From Callorhinchus milii (lineage: Eukaryota): a stretch of DNA of 64,000 bases. The notes beneath the pieces were generated by a model. It did no database searches. It saw only the letters and a program-made list of their open reading frames with translations, and was not told the DNA's origin. The stretch lies in NCBI RefSeq assembly GCF_018977255.1, contig NW_024704742.1, positions 61,444,001 through 61,508,000 of the forward strand. The letters are read 5' to 3'. The translations under genes and the position numbers were made by a program. Shown here piece after piece: positions 12,526 through 24,680 of the stretch (the first letter of the stretch is position 1; every line of letters begins with the position of its first letter).

Positions 12526-12768
12526 CAAATGTAGTGAATCGTAAGACTGAAAGATGAGCATACAATAACAGTTGCAATTTCTGTAGAAAAAATCCAACCC
12601 AAGCTCTTACTGTGCTAAAGCAATTACTGTAAACGTTATTGCATTTTATAATGTGTTCCCTATGCCAATTAATACAATGCATTGAGGAATGTCACATTCT
12701 CAACTTTAGGCTAGCTACGATAACGGACCTAACAAATGTGTCCAGCTCTTTGTACAGCTGCAGAAACC

Positions 12769-14770
12769 AACAACAACAACAATTTGGATTTATACAGCGC
12801 CCTCCACGCCGGACGATGTCTCAGAGTGCTTTACAATAACGGATCCTGGGACCGAGCCAGGGGGAGGGGGAGGAAGGTGATCAAAGGTGTGGTCGAAAAG
12901 AAAGGTCTTCAGCACAGACCTGAAAATGTGAAGGGAGGAAGCGAGGCGAAGGGAGTGAGGAAGGCAGTTCCAGAGCCTCGGGGCATAGTGGCTGAAGGCA
13001 TGGCCGCCGAGGGTGGAGCGGAGGACTCGAGGGATGAGGTGGAGGCCAGACCCGGAGGAACAAAGGCAATGGGTACTGTTGTGAGGAGAGAGGTGGTCAG
13101 AGAGGTTGGGGGGGTGCAGAGGAGTGCAAGGACTTGAATACAAGGCTGAGGATCTTGAAATCGATCCTCTCTGGGATAGGCAGCCAGTGAAGTCTGGCAA
13201 GGACTGGGGTGATCAGGGAGCGAGTTTCATGCGGGTGAGAATGCGGGCGGCAGAGTTTTGAATGACCTGGATTTTATGGATGGTAGTGGATGGGAGACCG
13301 GCAAGGAGGGCATTAGAGTAGTCCAGCTGAGAAGTGACAAAGGCATGGACCAGGGTTTCAGCGGCTTTTGGGGAGAGGTATTGGCGGAGATGGGCGATGC
13401 GTTGGAGGTGGAAGACAGCGTTGCTAGTGAGGGACTGGATGTGGGGGATGAAGGATAATTGGGGGTCGAACCTGACGCCTAGGTTGCGTATGGGTTCGGA
13501 GAGTTTTAGAGGGAGGTCTGGTAGATGGAGGAGATGAGAGCCGTGAGATTTTAGACGTTGACGAGAGCCAAAGAGTATGGCTTCTATTTTGTCAACGTTC
13601 AGCTGAAGGAAATTTGAGCTCATCCAGCCCCTGAGATCTGACAGGCAGGCTGACAGAACATCAGGGGACTGGGGGTCGCAAAGAGAGGTGGAAAAATAAA
13701 GTTGGGTGTCGTCCACGTACATATGGAAATGTACCCCATGTCTGCGGATGACATCCCCAAGAAATAAATATATATGCACGTAGGTCAGAAAGAGGAGGGG
13801 GCCAAGGATGGATCCTTGGGGTACCCCGCAGGTGATCGGGTGAGAGCGGGAGGAGAAGATTTTGTGCAGATGTACTGATGGCGGTTTGTGAGGTAGGACT
13901 CGAACCAGACGAGTGCAATCCCACTGAGGTGGATGACGGAGGAAAGGTCGTGGAGGAGGATGGCGTGATCGACTGTGTCGAACGCGGCGGAGAGGTCCAG
14001 GAGGACAAGGAAGCAGAGGCAGTCTTCTGTACTGTGGGCGGAAACCGGACTGGAGGGGTTCGAAGAGGGAGTGGGAGGAGAGGTGTGCGCGGAGTTGATT
14101 GGCAACAATGCGTTCTAGAACTTTTGCGAGGAAGGGCAGGTTAGAAATAGGGCGGTAGTGGGTGGGGTTTGAGGGATCTAAGGAAGGTTTTTTCAGGAGG
14201 GGTGGGATGACAGCAGTTTTGAGGGAGGCAGGGACTGATCCAGAGGAGAGGGACTGGTTGATGATGTCAGCCAGTAGTGGGCAGAGGAGGGGGAGCTGGG
14301 TGACCAGTAAGTTGGTGGGGAGGGGGTCGAGGCAGCAGGTGATGGGTTTCATGGAGGTGATGGTGGGTGAGAGGGAGGAAGGAGAGATGGGGAGGAAGGA
14401 ATGTAGAATGGGGGTGGTGGTAGGAGCAATTAATGAGGAAGGTGAGGGGGACAGGGAGACAGGTGGTGGGTGACAAGGGGCAGGTGGATGAGGCTGCCTG
14501 GTGGATGTTGTGAATTTTAGATGAAAAGAAGTCCATGACCTCCTCGCACTTGGCATTTGATTTGAAGATTGAGAAGGCCTGAGGGGGGGNCACGGAGGAG
14601 GTAGTGGGTGGTGGAAAAAAGGATTTTAGGGTTGTGTTTAGCCTCCAAGATGATGTTGGAGTAGAAGCCGTTTTTGTGCGTGTCAAAGAACGGGGTAGCT
14701 GTGGAGATGCTCGAGCCACAGTTGGCGATGAATTGTCAGGCCAGTTTTCCGCCATCTGTGCTTGAGCACC
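12769..14770 (-). mobile_element. ~2 kb 5'-truncated L2 LINE (tail type C) with RT pseudogene
   Basis: ORF 13213-14556: [73 protein letters not shown] in another frame; frameshifts; (TTG)n tail. Confidence 0.95.
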
Positions 14771-14885
14771 GGATTGACCATTGACAATGATGCTGGGAGG
14801 AGGGAATGCTTGCCTCTATCACACCCAGGATCAAGTCACTGTGTTAATTATCATCAGGTTGCCAATTTCATTGATGTGTGAATCG

Positions 14886-15500
14886 ACAACAACAACAACA
14901 AATTTACATTTGTAAAGTGCCTTCCACGTCAGGAGGACATCCCAAGGCTCTGAACAGTCAGGGATCAGGACCCAAGCATGGTGGGGACAGGGTTGGGATG
15001 AGGAAGGGCAGAGAGGTAGGAAGGCAACTGAATGCATGGTCGAAAAGGAGGCTCTTGTGTCGTGCCTTGAAGGAGGCAAGGGATGGAGCAAGGTGAAGGG
15101 ATTGTGGTATGGAGTTCCAAAATTTTGGTGCAGAGAAGCTGAAAGCCCGGTCGCCGATGGTATGGTGGGTCAGGCGGGAGACATGGAGCAAGCCGAAGGC
15201 TGCTGAATGGAGGGAGCGGACAGGTTGATAGGGAGTCAGCAAGTCAGAGAGGTAGGAGGGGACAAGGCTGTGGAAGGCCTTGAAAGTGAGGCTGAGGATT
15301 TTGAATTCTATTCAAAGAATTCAAAAGATTAGAGATTGGGAGCCAATGGAGGCGGGCAAGGCTGGGGGTGATTGGATCACGGAACCTAGTACAGGAGAGG
15401 ACAAGAGCTGGTGAGTGCTGGATGATTTGCAGCTTGTGCAGGGAAGAGTTGGGGAGGCTGACAAGGAGGGTGTTTCCGTAGCCGAGCCTTGAGGTAACTC
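14886..15500 (-). mobile_element. L2 LINE 3' ~610 bp (tail type A)
   Basis: GDRAFSFSAPKFWNSIP..SFKARHKSLLFDHAF; tail caacaacaaatttacatttgtaaagtgccttccacgtcaggaggac. Confidence 0.88.
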
Positions 15501-16072
15501 ACAGTTTTATAAAAAATTGCAGTTAATTGGTAGTTAAAAGCTGTGAAGGTGACAATTAATTATAAAGGCTTTCCAGTCCACCAGTGAGATAAATTGGTAT
15601 GACAGATGTCCATGCTCTGCAGTGCTGACTCAGTATTGTCTGGATCCATCTGTTGTCCAGTTGAAATCCAGATTCACCAGGAGCTCTGGATAATCCTGTA
15701 ATCTGAAAAGGTTTCTCATGGATGTGGCCTCCTATCTGATTCACTGACAGCGAATCCATGATTACTTGGCATGGTTGGCCTTGCAGACTCCTGAATCCTC
15801 AGATATTGCTCTTGTAAGGGTTTCAATCACCTGAAGGCATCCACAAAACGAAGACATTAAGGATAATAGGAAAATAATAGATTCAGTAAATGTAATCACA
15901 TAGGAAAATTAAATGATGAATTCTTACCGATTTTGCTATTATTAATCAAATAAATCTAATCTTTCATCCACTTACCTCGAGTAATACACTTGCAAGCCAA
16001 AGTCGAGATATTGACCTAACTTTATTTTTTATTTCTTGAATTTTTCAGTTACAAAGCGAGATTAGGAGGAGA

Positions 16073-16373
16073 GTATTTCTGTAGTGTATTGGTTAGAGCA
16101 CTCACCTCGCAAGCGAGAGAACCAGTATTCGATTCCTGGGCAGGGCAAAACATTAAGCAAATTTTCTTACTCCACACACCTTTGTTTACCTAGCAGTAAG
16201 AAGGAATCAGGTTGTTAGTCGATTGGCAGATTGCTTTCCGGGGCTAATAATCCTTTCAAAAAATAAGTAATAATAATTTGGTCACTTATTTCACGACTGT
16301 TTGTAGGACACTGCTGTGTTCAATTATCTGCTGCGTTTCCCCCACAAAATATACAGTCAATACACTTTATACA
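16073..16373 (+). mobile_element. Older tRNA-Ala SINE (long subfamily with CORE/Meta-like block), interrupted by a young copy
   Basis: ggttagagcactcacctcgcaagcgag..ctccacacacctttgtttacctagcagtaag; host sequence resumes as gtatattc at ~16747. Confidence 0.8.
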
Positions 16374-16697
16374 ATAATAATAATAATAATCCTTGCATTT
16401 GATATAGCGCTTTTCACGTCGGGAGGATGTCCCAAAGCGCTTCACAGAACACTTGTAAAGTGAATTGACTGTATATTTGTGGGCGAACGCGGCAGCCAAT
16501 TGCGCACAGCAATGTCCCACAAACAGTCGTAGATTGAAAATGACCAATTTATTATTGTTTTTGGTTTTTTGGAGGGATTATTATTAGGCTCTGTGTGGAG
16601 TAAGGAAACTTGCCCAAGGTTTCGCCCTCTGCCTGGAATTGAACTCAGGTCTCTCACTTGCGAAGCGAGTGCTCTAACCACTGAGCTACAGGACTCC
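16374..16697 (-). mobile_element. Young full-length tRNA-Ala SINE
   Basis: Reverse complement nearly identical to 9233-9551; anticodon CGC; aca on both sides. Confidence 0.92.
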
Positions 16698-16746
16698 ACA
16701 CCACTGAGCTACAGAACTCCACACCACTGAGCTACAGGACTCCACA
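16678..16746. repeat. Three tandem 23-bp units spanning the SINE 5' junction
   Basis: ccactgagctacag(g/a)actccaca x3. Confidence 0.9.
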
Positions 16747-17711
16747 GTATATTCTTTACAGTATATTCAGTATAATACTTCACATTTATGAGTAATAAAC
16801 AACATCTCTTATTTGTCTGACCATTTCTCTAGTCCATCATTTTCCTTCTAAGGTTTTATACCAATATGATAATGAAAGGATGAAGCATCAGCTCTGAGAG
16901 ACTCGTGTTGTGAACGCACTTGAGAGGGCTCCTGTTACTTCTATTTATACTCTTCATGCTTACTCAAACAGTAAAAGCGCAAACTTATAATGTTGATTCA
17001 TTGCTAGGGAAGCCCTAAAAGCTTTCTGTCATTTTCAATCAATAGTCACCTGAATCTCCAACACAGTGGTAAGCAACTTTTGTAAGGTCACATTAGCATT
17101 CATGAGTTTCACTCAATTACTTTTTGGTTGAGAGAGAAATGTCACAGAACCTTTATCCCTTGAGAAATTAAATGGGTGGAGTTGTGTCCACAATAGTAAA
17201 ATCACACATGTTCTGAATGTGTTTTATGGATTGGATGGCCTTTTCTCATTCCTGCTATTTCATATCACATTTTTTTTGTGTCACAAATTCTTAGATGGAT
17301 CTCATTTAGTTATGCCTGGAGTTTAATAGTACTTTCATTACAGAAATATGATGTGGCTCCGGGTTACAAAGGAAAAACATAACGGTTGAAATTCTGCTGG
17401 CTGCTAAAGTTAGGGAATTTTTCACAATGCAATTAGAATGTAGAAATCCTATTATAAATGTACACTGTCAAGGTCAGTAACTTTGACTATCAGAAAAAAA
17501 ATGCAACTCTTGACATTCAATCCACATTCTTAAATCCAGACTCACAAATCATAAAAATTAAGCTGAGACACTCTCATCTTTGGTCAAATCCAATTTCAGA
17601 AATATCGTGGGTGCCACATGGGCATGTGTGTGTATACCTTGCCAAAAAAATCAGTATATGTTTCGTTCTGAGCTTCTCTTGTAATATATGGTGACTGAAA
17701 CCTTTAATTAT

Positions 17712-18110
17712 AATAAGCCTTGTAGTGCCTTTCACATCAAGAGGACACCTCAAAGACCTTCACAAAATTCACAATAAAGAGTAGTGTCTGTATATTTTGT
17801 ACACAAACACAGCAAATTCCCACAAACAGCCATAAAGTGAATAATTAACTTAATATGGGGCATAATGTTGGCCAGAACAATAGGAGAAACTCCCTTCTCT
17901 TTTTTCATGGGATCTTTACTGAACAGATAGACAGAGCCTTGGTTGAACATCTTACCTGAAAGATGGCACCTCAAATAATGCGCACTCACTCAGCACTGTA
18001 TTGAAGTATCAACCTAGACTGTGAGTTCAAACTCCAACTGTGGGGCTTGAACCCACAACCTTCTTACACAGAAAGTGAAAATCATTCTATCAATTAAGTC
18101 AGATTGGCAC
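17712..18110 (-). mobile_element. Deu-domain SINE, near full length, decayed
   Basis: catgggatcttta..acagatagacagagccttggttgaacatcttacctgaaagatggcacc..ggggcttgaacccacaaccttct. Confidence 0.8.
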
Positions 18111-18674
18111 ACAAATAGATTTGCACAAGAAATGATTAGCCTGCCAATTGAATCTGCTGTTGCCAAGCCTTTTGGAGGCTAGATGCTTCATCATACCTGA
18201 AAATTACTTAAAAGTGATAAGTTGTGCTAAGGAGCTAGATATCACAAGGTAAAATGTTTAATCTCTTTTGTTAAGGCACACTGCAGAATAGAATATTTAT
18301 TTATATTAGCCCTTTCGCCCTTTATTTTTAAGCAGTTTCTTCATCTGTTTAAACTAATTCCATATCTCCTATGTGATTTGGATAATTAAAAGTCTAATTC
18401 TAATTTAAGAAGTTGCTGGCTGTTATCTTTGACTCAGCTTTGAAGCTGTGCAAAGTTCGTCTATGTAATATCATCTTTGAAGATTAAAACAATCTAAATC
18501 ACGTTACCAATAACCTCTGCGTAGAGGGAGCAGTTGCAGGTTTATACCATAGCCCTCTGCACTAAATTTCTTAGCTGATCTGAGTGACTAACAGGAAACA
18601 CTGAGTATAATATAAATCAAGTACTTCCTTATTTGGAAGAAACCAAGAGCTATATTAATATAATCACCTCCAAA

Positions 18675-19400
18675 CTGAAAGATTGGAGGTTCAAGTCCCA
18701 TGTGAGTTCACAGCCTAGTCTTATACTGTAGTGCAGTATTGGGGGAGCACTGTATTATCAGAGGTTTTTATGAAAATTTGAACTAAAGTCTCATCTGCCT
18801 GTTTTAAAGTTTTAAAGATTTATTGTCAAACGCTTTAATAATATAATAATCCTTGATTTGATATAGTTCTTTTCACGTCTTCTAGACATCTTAAAGCGCT
18901 TCACAGAATATACTGCAAAGTGAATTGACTGTATATTTTGTGGGCGAAACACGGCAGCCATTTGTGCACAGGAGGGTCCCACAAAGAGTCATGGATTGAC
19001 TGGCCAAGTTGTTATTTTTGTTTTTTTCTTGAGAGATTATTATCAGGTGTGTAGATTAAAAAAACTTGCCCAAGGTTTTGCCCTGCCGGGATTCGAATCC
19101 AGGTCTCTCGCTTGCGAGGCAAGTTCTCTAACCACTGAGCTACAGGACGCTAGACATTTTGAGAATTCCTCTTGCCTTGAATGATGCTACAGTATATAAA
19201 TGTACATGGCACTATTCAAATATTTGAGTTTATGATGGTGTCCTGGCCAATAATCCTCCAGATTAATTGGTTAATTTGAGTTTGTGGGACTGGTGAAAAA
19301 GTTAATGCTGCATTTTTCTCTAAATACATTCATTGTATTTGACGGGAATAACCTGTGAAGTGGTTTGAGATGTTTCGACTTGATAACGTCCTATGAAACA
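18675..19400 (+). mobile_element. Deu-domain SINE split by an Ala-SINE insertion
   Basis: ggttcaagtccca..gtctcatctgcctgtt before 18830, continuing catggcactattc..ggtgtcctggccaa after 19200. Confidence 0.6.
18843..19151 (-). mobile_element. tRNA-Ala SINE, intermediate subfamily (short body, ctagaag tail loop)
   Basis: ggattcgaatccaggtctctcgcttgcgaggc..ctaaccactgagctacagga; tail cacgtcttctagacatc. Confidence 0.85.
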
Positions 19401-20344
19401 AAATGTCTTTCTTTTCTCCCTCACATGAATCTGGTAGCCCCAAGGCTCTGCTCTTCCCAACCTGCATATTAATTCTCTGGATTAGATCATCCTTTCATCC
19501 ACCTTCCAATTACAGCATTTGGCAATTTCTTCAAATAGATGAGTTTCTTGGCCTTATCTGTTGTAGCAGTTGATTTCCCTCTGTGTAATGAAATACTACT
19601 TGGTGTGTGTCCTAAACTTGCTCTTCACAAAAATGTGCTATGTTCTCTTCCCTGCTATGTTGTGTATCTGTCTCTACGCAGTAAGCATTTTATAAATCTT
19701 TTTTATAATTCCGCTCTGAAATGCATATTGAGTTGAATGTTACTTATTGGAAAATTCTCAAGTATCTTGCATCAGGTCTAATGTGTACTGCAAATCCTTT
19801 ATTGCCTACAAATACACTGTCACTCTGTTTCACAGTAAATCCTGTGAAGCACTTTAAAATGTTCTTACGATGTGATAAGCCGTTGTATCAAATGCAAGGG
19901 TTATTATTATTTTTCACAAAAATGTAGTGTGTTTCGATTATATTACATTTCTTTGGACCAATTTATATACAATAGGGGGAAAAAAATTAATACCACAAAC
20001 ATTATAATGGGACATAAAGGGCTCAATTTCTGTCTTTAACTTGTCAATCATCATGCTTTGACAATATATTTTTTATTAAGAATTAAACAATCACAGTCTT
20101 CTGCAGTTATTGCTCATTAATACTGAGTTAGTTATCTGTGCTGTTTCAATCCAAAATGTTCTGTTATTGCAGATTAGAACATTGCATCAAGTTAATATTC
20201 TTTTTGAATGGAGCAGTACGGCATGTCCTGTCCCCAGCACAAAGTTGGAGATGTGGTCTTAATTAGAGCATTGTATCATTGTTTAGAAATGCACAATTCG
20301 GTTTCACAGGAAAATGTTTGATTCAAATATGGCTTTAATTAGTT

Positions 20345-20490
20345 ATACAATACAATACAAAATTACATTTGTATAGCACCTTTCACGTCAGGAGGATGTC
20401 CCAAGGTGCTGAACAGTCAGGGATTTGGACCTGAGCTGGGGGTCGGGATCCGGGTGTGTGGAGGGCAGGGAGGATAGGAGGGTGGCTGGA
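20345..20490 (-). mobile_element. L2 3' end (type A)
   Basis: (tacaa)n aattacatttgtatagcacctttcacgtcaggaggatgtcccaagg. Confidence 0.8.
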
Positions 20491-20879
20491 TTTCTCCAGA
20501 AATTGGTTCAACATGCTTTTAAAATACTGCATATATTTGTGCTTTATTTCCCATTTTACAAAATATTTTAAATTTGGATAGGAGGCTATTCAGATCTACT
20601 GAAATATATATCATTCATTTAAAGAACATTAAGAAAAGCTGGCAATCTGAAAGAATTGGTCCTAAAGTCTCCTTAATAAGGAGGTGGGTGTGGAGAGAGG
20701 TGGAGATCAGAGAACATTCTTTCTTTAATTCAGAATTGGTAACAAAGGTCAATATTTGCACTTCAGCACATCACCAAGACTCCAAAGTGTAGTAGAGAGG
20801 CAAGATAAGTGAAGATGAAATGGCTGGTCACAACAAGCCTACCTTTTAAAAGCCTTTATAGAAGGAAGGAAGTGTAGAG

Positions 20880-21145
20880 GTACAATACAATTTACATTTA
20901 TGTAGCGTCTTTCATGTTGGGAAGACATCTCGATGTGCTTAACAATTCTGGATAGGCACTGGAAATGGGGGTGGGAGCCAAATGGGGTGGGGACAGATGA
21001 CTGAAAGCACTGTCAAAGAGGTATGTTTTGAGACATACCTTGAAAGAGATGAGGGAGGGAATGAGTCAGAGGGACTTCGGAATGGGATTCCAGAGAGCGG
21101 GACAGAATGGCTGAAAGCTCTCCTGCTGATGGTGAGGTGGATAGG
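20880..21145 (-). mobile_element. L2 3' fragment
   Basis: tacaatacaatttacatttatgtagcgtctttcatgttgggaagacatc..gaaagcactgtcaaagagg..ttccagagagc. Confidence 0.7.
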
Positions 21146-21599
21146 ATCATTAGAGAATTCAAGGGCACTGCTGATGATAGCACAGTACTGTTCCTTGTAC
21201 AGATGATACAGAGAGGAATTGTGAGACTTAAGAGAGACACTGCAGTCACCACAGTAGTATTGAGAAAACGAATAGATGTGACAGAATAAAAAATTTGGAG
21301 GCTAGAGGTGAGGAGAGAAGGATTGTGTTTCAGACAAAAGTCTTTTCTTGTATATTTTGCAGAAATATTCAGAAATAAAAGAGGAATATAAGAAGAATCT
21401 TCTTCGATATGAGAGCTGCATTCAAATCTTGGATGAAATTTGGTTTTAGACTTTTAAATTTTTTGGGGTCAGCCGTGTGTCTAATAGATATAGAAATCTA
21501 TCGCTATGCTTAAGTGTACCCAAACAAAGCTGAGATTTCCGTGCATTTCACCTACGCATGAAAATCCAAGAGATAGATTGTTGGAATGGAATGCATACT

Positions 21600-22030
21600 C
21601 CATCCCTGGAGGGTAGCATCCTGCTTAACTAATTCTGGAAAGTATTAGGCGCAAGTTGACAAGAGCCATGGCTTGGGGACTCCAGAGTGTGCATTGAGGA
21701 CTGCTGTAATCTAACCAGCTAAAACCGCATTAGAGCTTTGGTTTGCAGGGTTAAGAGGAGCTGAATGGAATGACTCCCTGCCCCAGTGACTGGTCTGCCC
21801 TTCCAGATCCTGCTGATGAGCCAGGCTGGCTGTGTTATCATTAGCAGCGCCCTGGAATAATGCGGATCTGCCTGCCTGGACTGCCGAGACCATCACAGAG
21901 GACTGGCTCAATTCCAACATTCACCTTGGGCAGGCATGTCACCATGGAGCCAGTTGAGCTACAGGGAGACCTCACTTACCTCTAGAGTAGGATCGCCTAT
22001 TGCAGGGGATAGGTTGAAATTGAGCACATT
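21600..22030. mobile_element. Unclassified interspersed repeat (same family as 63615-64000)
   Basis: Colinear matches to 63615-64000: aattctggaaagtatt, ctaaccagct, ggagctgaatggaatgactccctg, gatgagccaggctggctgtg, catgtcaccatggagccagtt. Confidence 0.75.
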
Positions 22031-22204
22031 TTCAAGATGAAGGAAAGATATTACATAAATAGGAAAGTCTCAAGAGATGGTGAAGCACAGGTGGGGGATT
22101 GATTGAATACTCAACTCCCATGAGACTCAAATAAGACCTCTAGTCCTGATGATATCTTTACCATAATCCAAAGGATCCATTATTATTATTATAATATATA
22201 TAAT

Positions 22205-22370
22205 AATAATCCTTGCACTTGATATAGTGCCTTATCACATCTTCTAGAGGTCTCAAATCATTTCACAGAATATACTGTAAAGTGAATTGACTGTATTTTG
22301 GGGGGTGAAACGTGGCAGCCAACTGAACCTACAACCTTTTGACTTAGGCAAGAGTGCTACCAACTAAGAT
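22205..22370 (-). mobile_element. SINE 3' fragment fused to a Deu-SINE head remnant
   Basis: aataatccttgcacttgatatagtgcc..aaagtgaattgactgta..acaaccttttgacttaggcaagagtgctaccaac. Confidence 0.6.
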
Positions 22371-22609
22371 ACAAATTCCTTTGCCCTGCAAGGCAAGGGG
22401 AAGTGCTGAAAGACAAGAGCAGTGGAAGAATGATATAGCACACCATGTATTCTTGATAGAGGGACACACCAAGGTACATCTGTCCAGGGAGAGTGCGCAC
22501 ACACCGTACGAGACAAATGGAAACTACAGATAATTGAAACTCTCAATAGTTCGGTCTTACATCTGATGATGGGTTTTGCATCAAGCATCAAAGAAAGTGT
22601 TGTATTGTG

Positions 22610-22800
22610 ATTCCTCTGCCTCCTCACCTCATCCTTCCCCTCATCTCTTCCTCCCTCCTCCCTTCACACATCTCTTCACATCTTGTTCTATCCTCCCCTT
22701 ATCTCTCCCCCTCGCTTCTCCTCTCTTTTCCCCTCATTTGCTCATCTTTCCAACTCCCTCTCCACTCCCCTTTCATCTCACCTCTCCTCCTCCCTTCAAA
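22610..22800. repeat. CT-rich low-complexity tract
   Basis: Polypyrimidine run of cct/ctc units. Confidence 0.7.
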
Positions 22801-24009
22801 ATTAAATTTTACTTTAACTGAAATCTGGTATTTTTTCCCATGGAAATAATTTGATTACCCAAATATTTTCAATAAAAATCATCACTACCGCAAAAATAAT
22901 TATTGTGTAATGTGTTAGTTTAAACAGGTTTCAGATATACGTACCTTGTGTCACATTTATAGATTTAGGCCTGAGGCCTTTGACTTGTTTAAATCATTAA
23001 AGTGAGCATTCATGTGTATAAATTGCTGCGTATTTAATTAGATAATGAATGGAAGAATTTTAAGTTTCATATCACAGTCAGTGATCCTACTGTGAAAAAT
23101 TGCAATTTACTGGCATGTCAATCTAACAGAGTGGTATTACTGTAGGAGTTCCATATTTCTGTTGCCAAATGATCTTGTGAGTTCCAAAATGCAAATTAGA
23201 AATCCTCCCTGAATGATCATCTCACTTCCCTAAAACATAAGCATCGCTCTCTCATGCCAAGTTCGAAGGTACATTATAGGATGCGTGAAACATAACATGG
23301 AAGATATGTGAATCTTCCACTGAGATGCAACAAGATAGCATGAAACCAGCAATTTGCAATGCATGGCCACTCACAGTAATTTTCCACATGTTAATGATTC
23401 TCTTTAATGTCGTACCTCCTTGGTGACATTGTCTGCAAGCATGGAGTCAGTTGACTGCCAATGGCACACAGTTCTACCTCTCTTCTGCCCTCAATTCTAG
23501 GATTGCTGTTCTGGGCAACTGGCTGTGGGCATTGAGATCCCAAATTGTACCTAGTCGTAACCTGTAGGACCATTTTTGCCTTCAAATTTAAGATTCCACA
23601 GAATTGTGCATTATTCTTAACATTATTTGTACTTTGGCAGCTAATTTTCCTCTACCTTAACAAAGAACCAGCTACCAAATTAAGACTGAATTAAAAAAAG
23701 TTCATAATTTGACCAAATTTAAAATTTTAAGACAAGGTAGTCTTCCAGGGCCAGGAACCAGGACTGGGTGCAATTTCAGACTCCATGTTCTGGGTGAGCC
23801 TTAATATTTTTCTTTTGCTCACTGTTAACAAAGCTGAAACCTTTTTTTGGGTTCAAACTAGTTAAAATGAACTGTGGAAACTGACTTCTAAATAATGATT
23901 GAATATAAGGATTTTCTAAAATTCTACATAGTATTAGATTTTAAAATACCTACCTCAAGGCTGCGAGAAATTCATAGCCTCGTTATCTTTAGAACTGTTT
24001 AAAAAATCA

Positions 24010-24680
24010 TGAAGCTGATCCCAGGAATTTGCTGCTGAGTTTGCTGACCTCAGTACGGCAATAGTTGAGTCAGTACAATTGGTCTCAGTATCCTCAAGTA
24101 TCCTCATTGTGGAATCCCATAATGTAGTGGTTAGAGCATTCGCCTCACAAGCGAGAAGATCCAGGTTCGATTCCCATCCAGGCAAAACCTTAGACATGTA
24201 TCCTTACTCCACACGCCTCTGTTTACCTAGCAGTAAGTAGGAACATGGTTATTAGTCGATTGATGGATCGCTTTCTGGCAGTAATAATCCCCCCAAAAGA
24301 GGTGTGGTCACTCAATCCACGACTGTTTGTGTACTGCTGTTCAAAATTGACTGCCATATTTCACCCACAAAATACACAGTCACTCTACTTTACAATATAT
24401 CCTGTGAAGTGCTTTGAGCTGTCTCAATGATATGAAAAGGCGCTATATCAAATGTAAGGTTTATATTATCATTTATTATGGAGGGAAAAATCAGCCATGG
24501 TTCTTACACCGAATTGTACTGCAGGTGGAAAGTGAGTGAATTTGATGTCCGTTAAGGAAATAGTTAGGCTCTGTTACGATTCCCCCTCTCCTTCCCCTTC
24601 CACTCCATTGAGACTGTGAGACCTTCAGTCAAAGCTCACATATTAAATAATGACCATGAGGGTGGGGCACCTGGAAGATA
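24010..24680 (+). mobile_element. AmnSINE2-like ancient SINE (family recalled from memory) split by an Ala-SINE
   Basis: gctgagtttgctgacctcag..tacaattggtctcag before 24100; ggagggaaaaatcagcca..ggaaagtg..gctcacatattaaataatgacca after 24480. Confidence 0.5.
24111..24478 (+). mobile_element. Older tRNA-Ala SINE (long subfamily)
   Basis: gtagtggttagagcattcgcctcacaagcgag..ggttcgattccc..ctccacacgcctctgtttacctagcagtaagtaggaac; tail atcaaatgtaagg. Confidence 0.85.

Noticed and set aside
13213..14556. Functional or domesticated reverse transcriptase
   Set aside because: Frameshifts place LDLSAAFD out of frame, there is an internal deletion, the endonuclease is missing, and YADD reads YVDD
16678..16746. 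CRISPR-like array (also considered for 58888-59543)
   Set aside because: Head-to-tail repeats without unique spacers, eukaryotic context, no cas genes
21711..21920. DIRS RNase H-like peptide (LEL..DNTASLAH)
   Set aside because: The related copy at 63.8-64 kb does not keep the frame or motif spacing; similarity too weak
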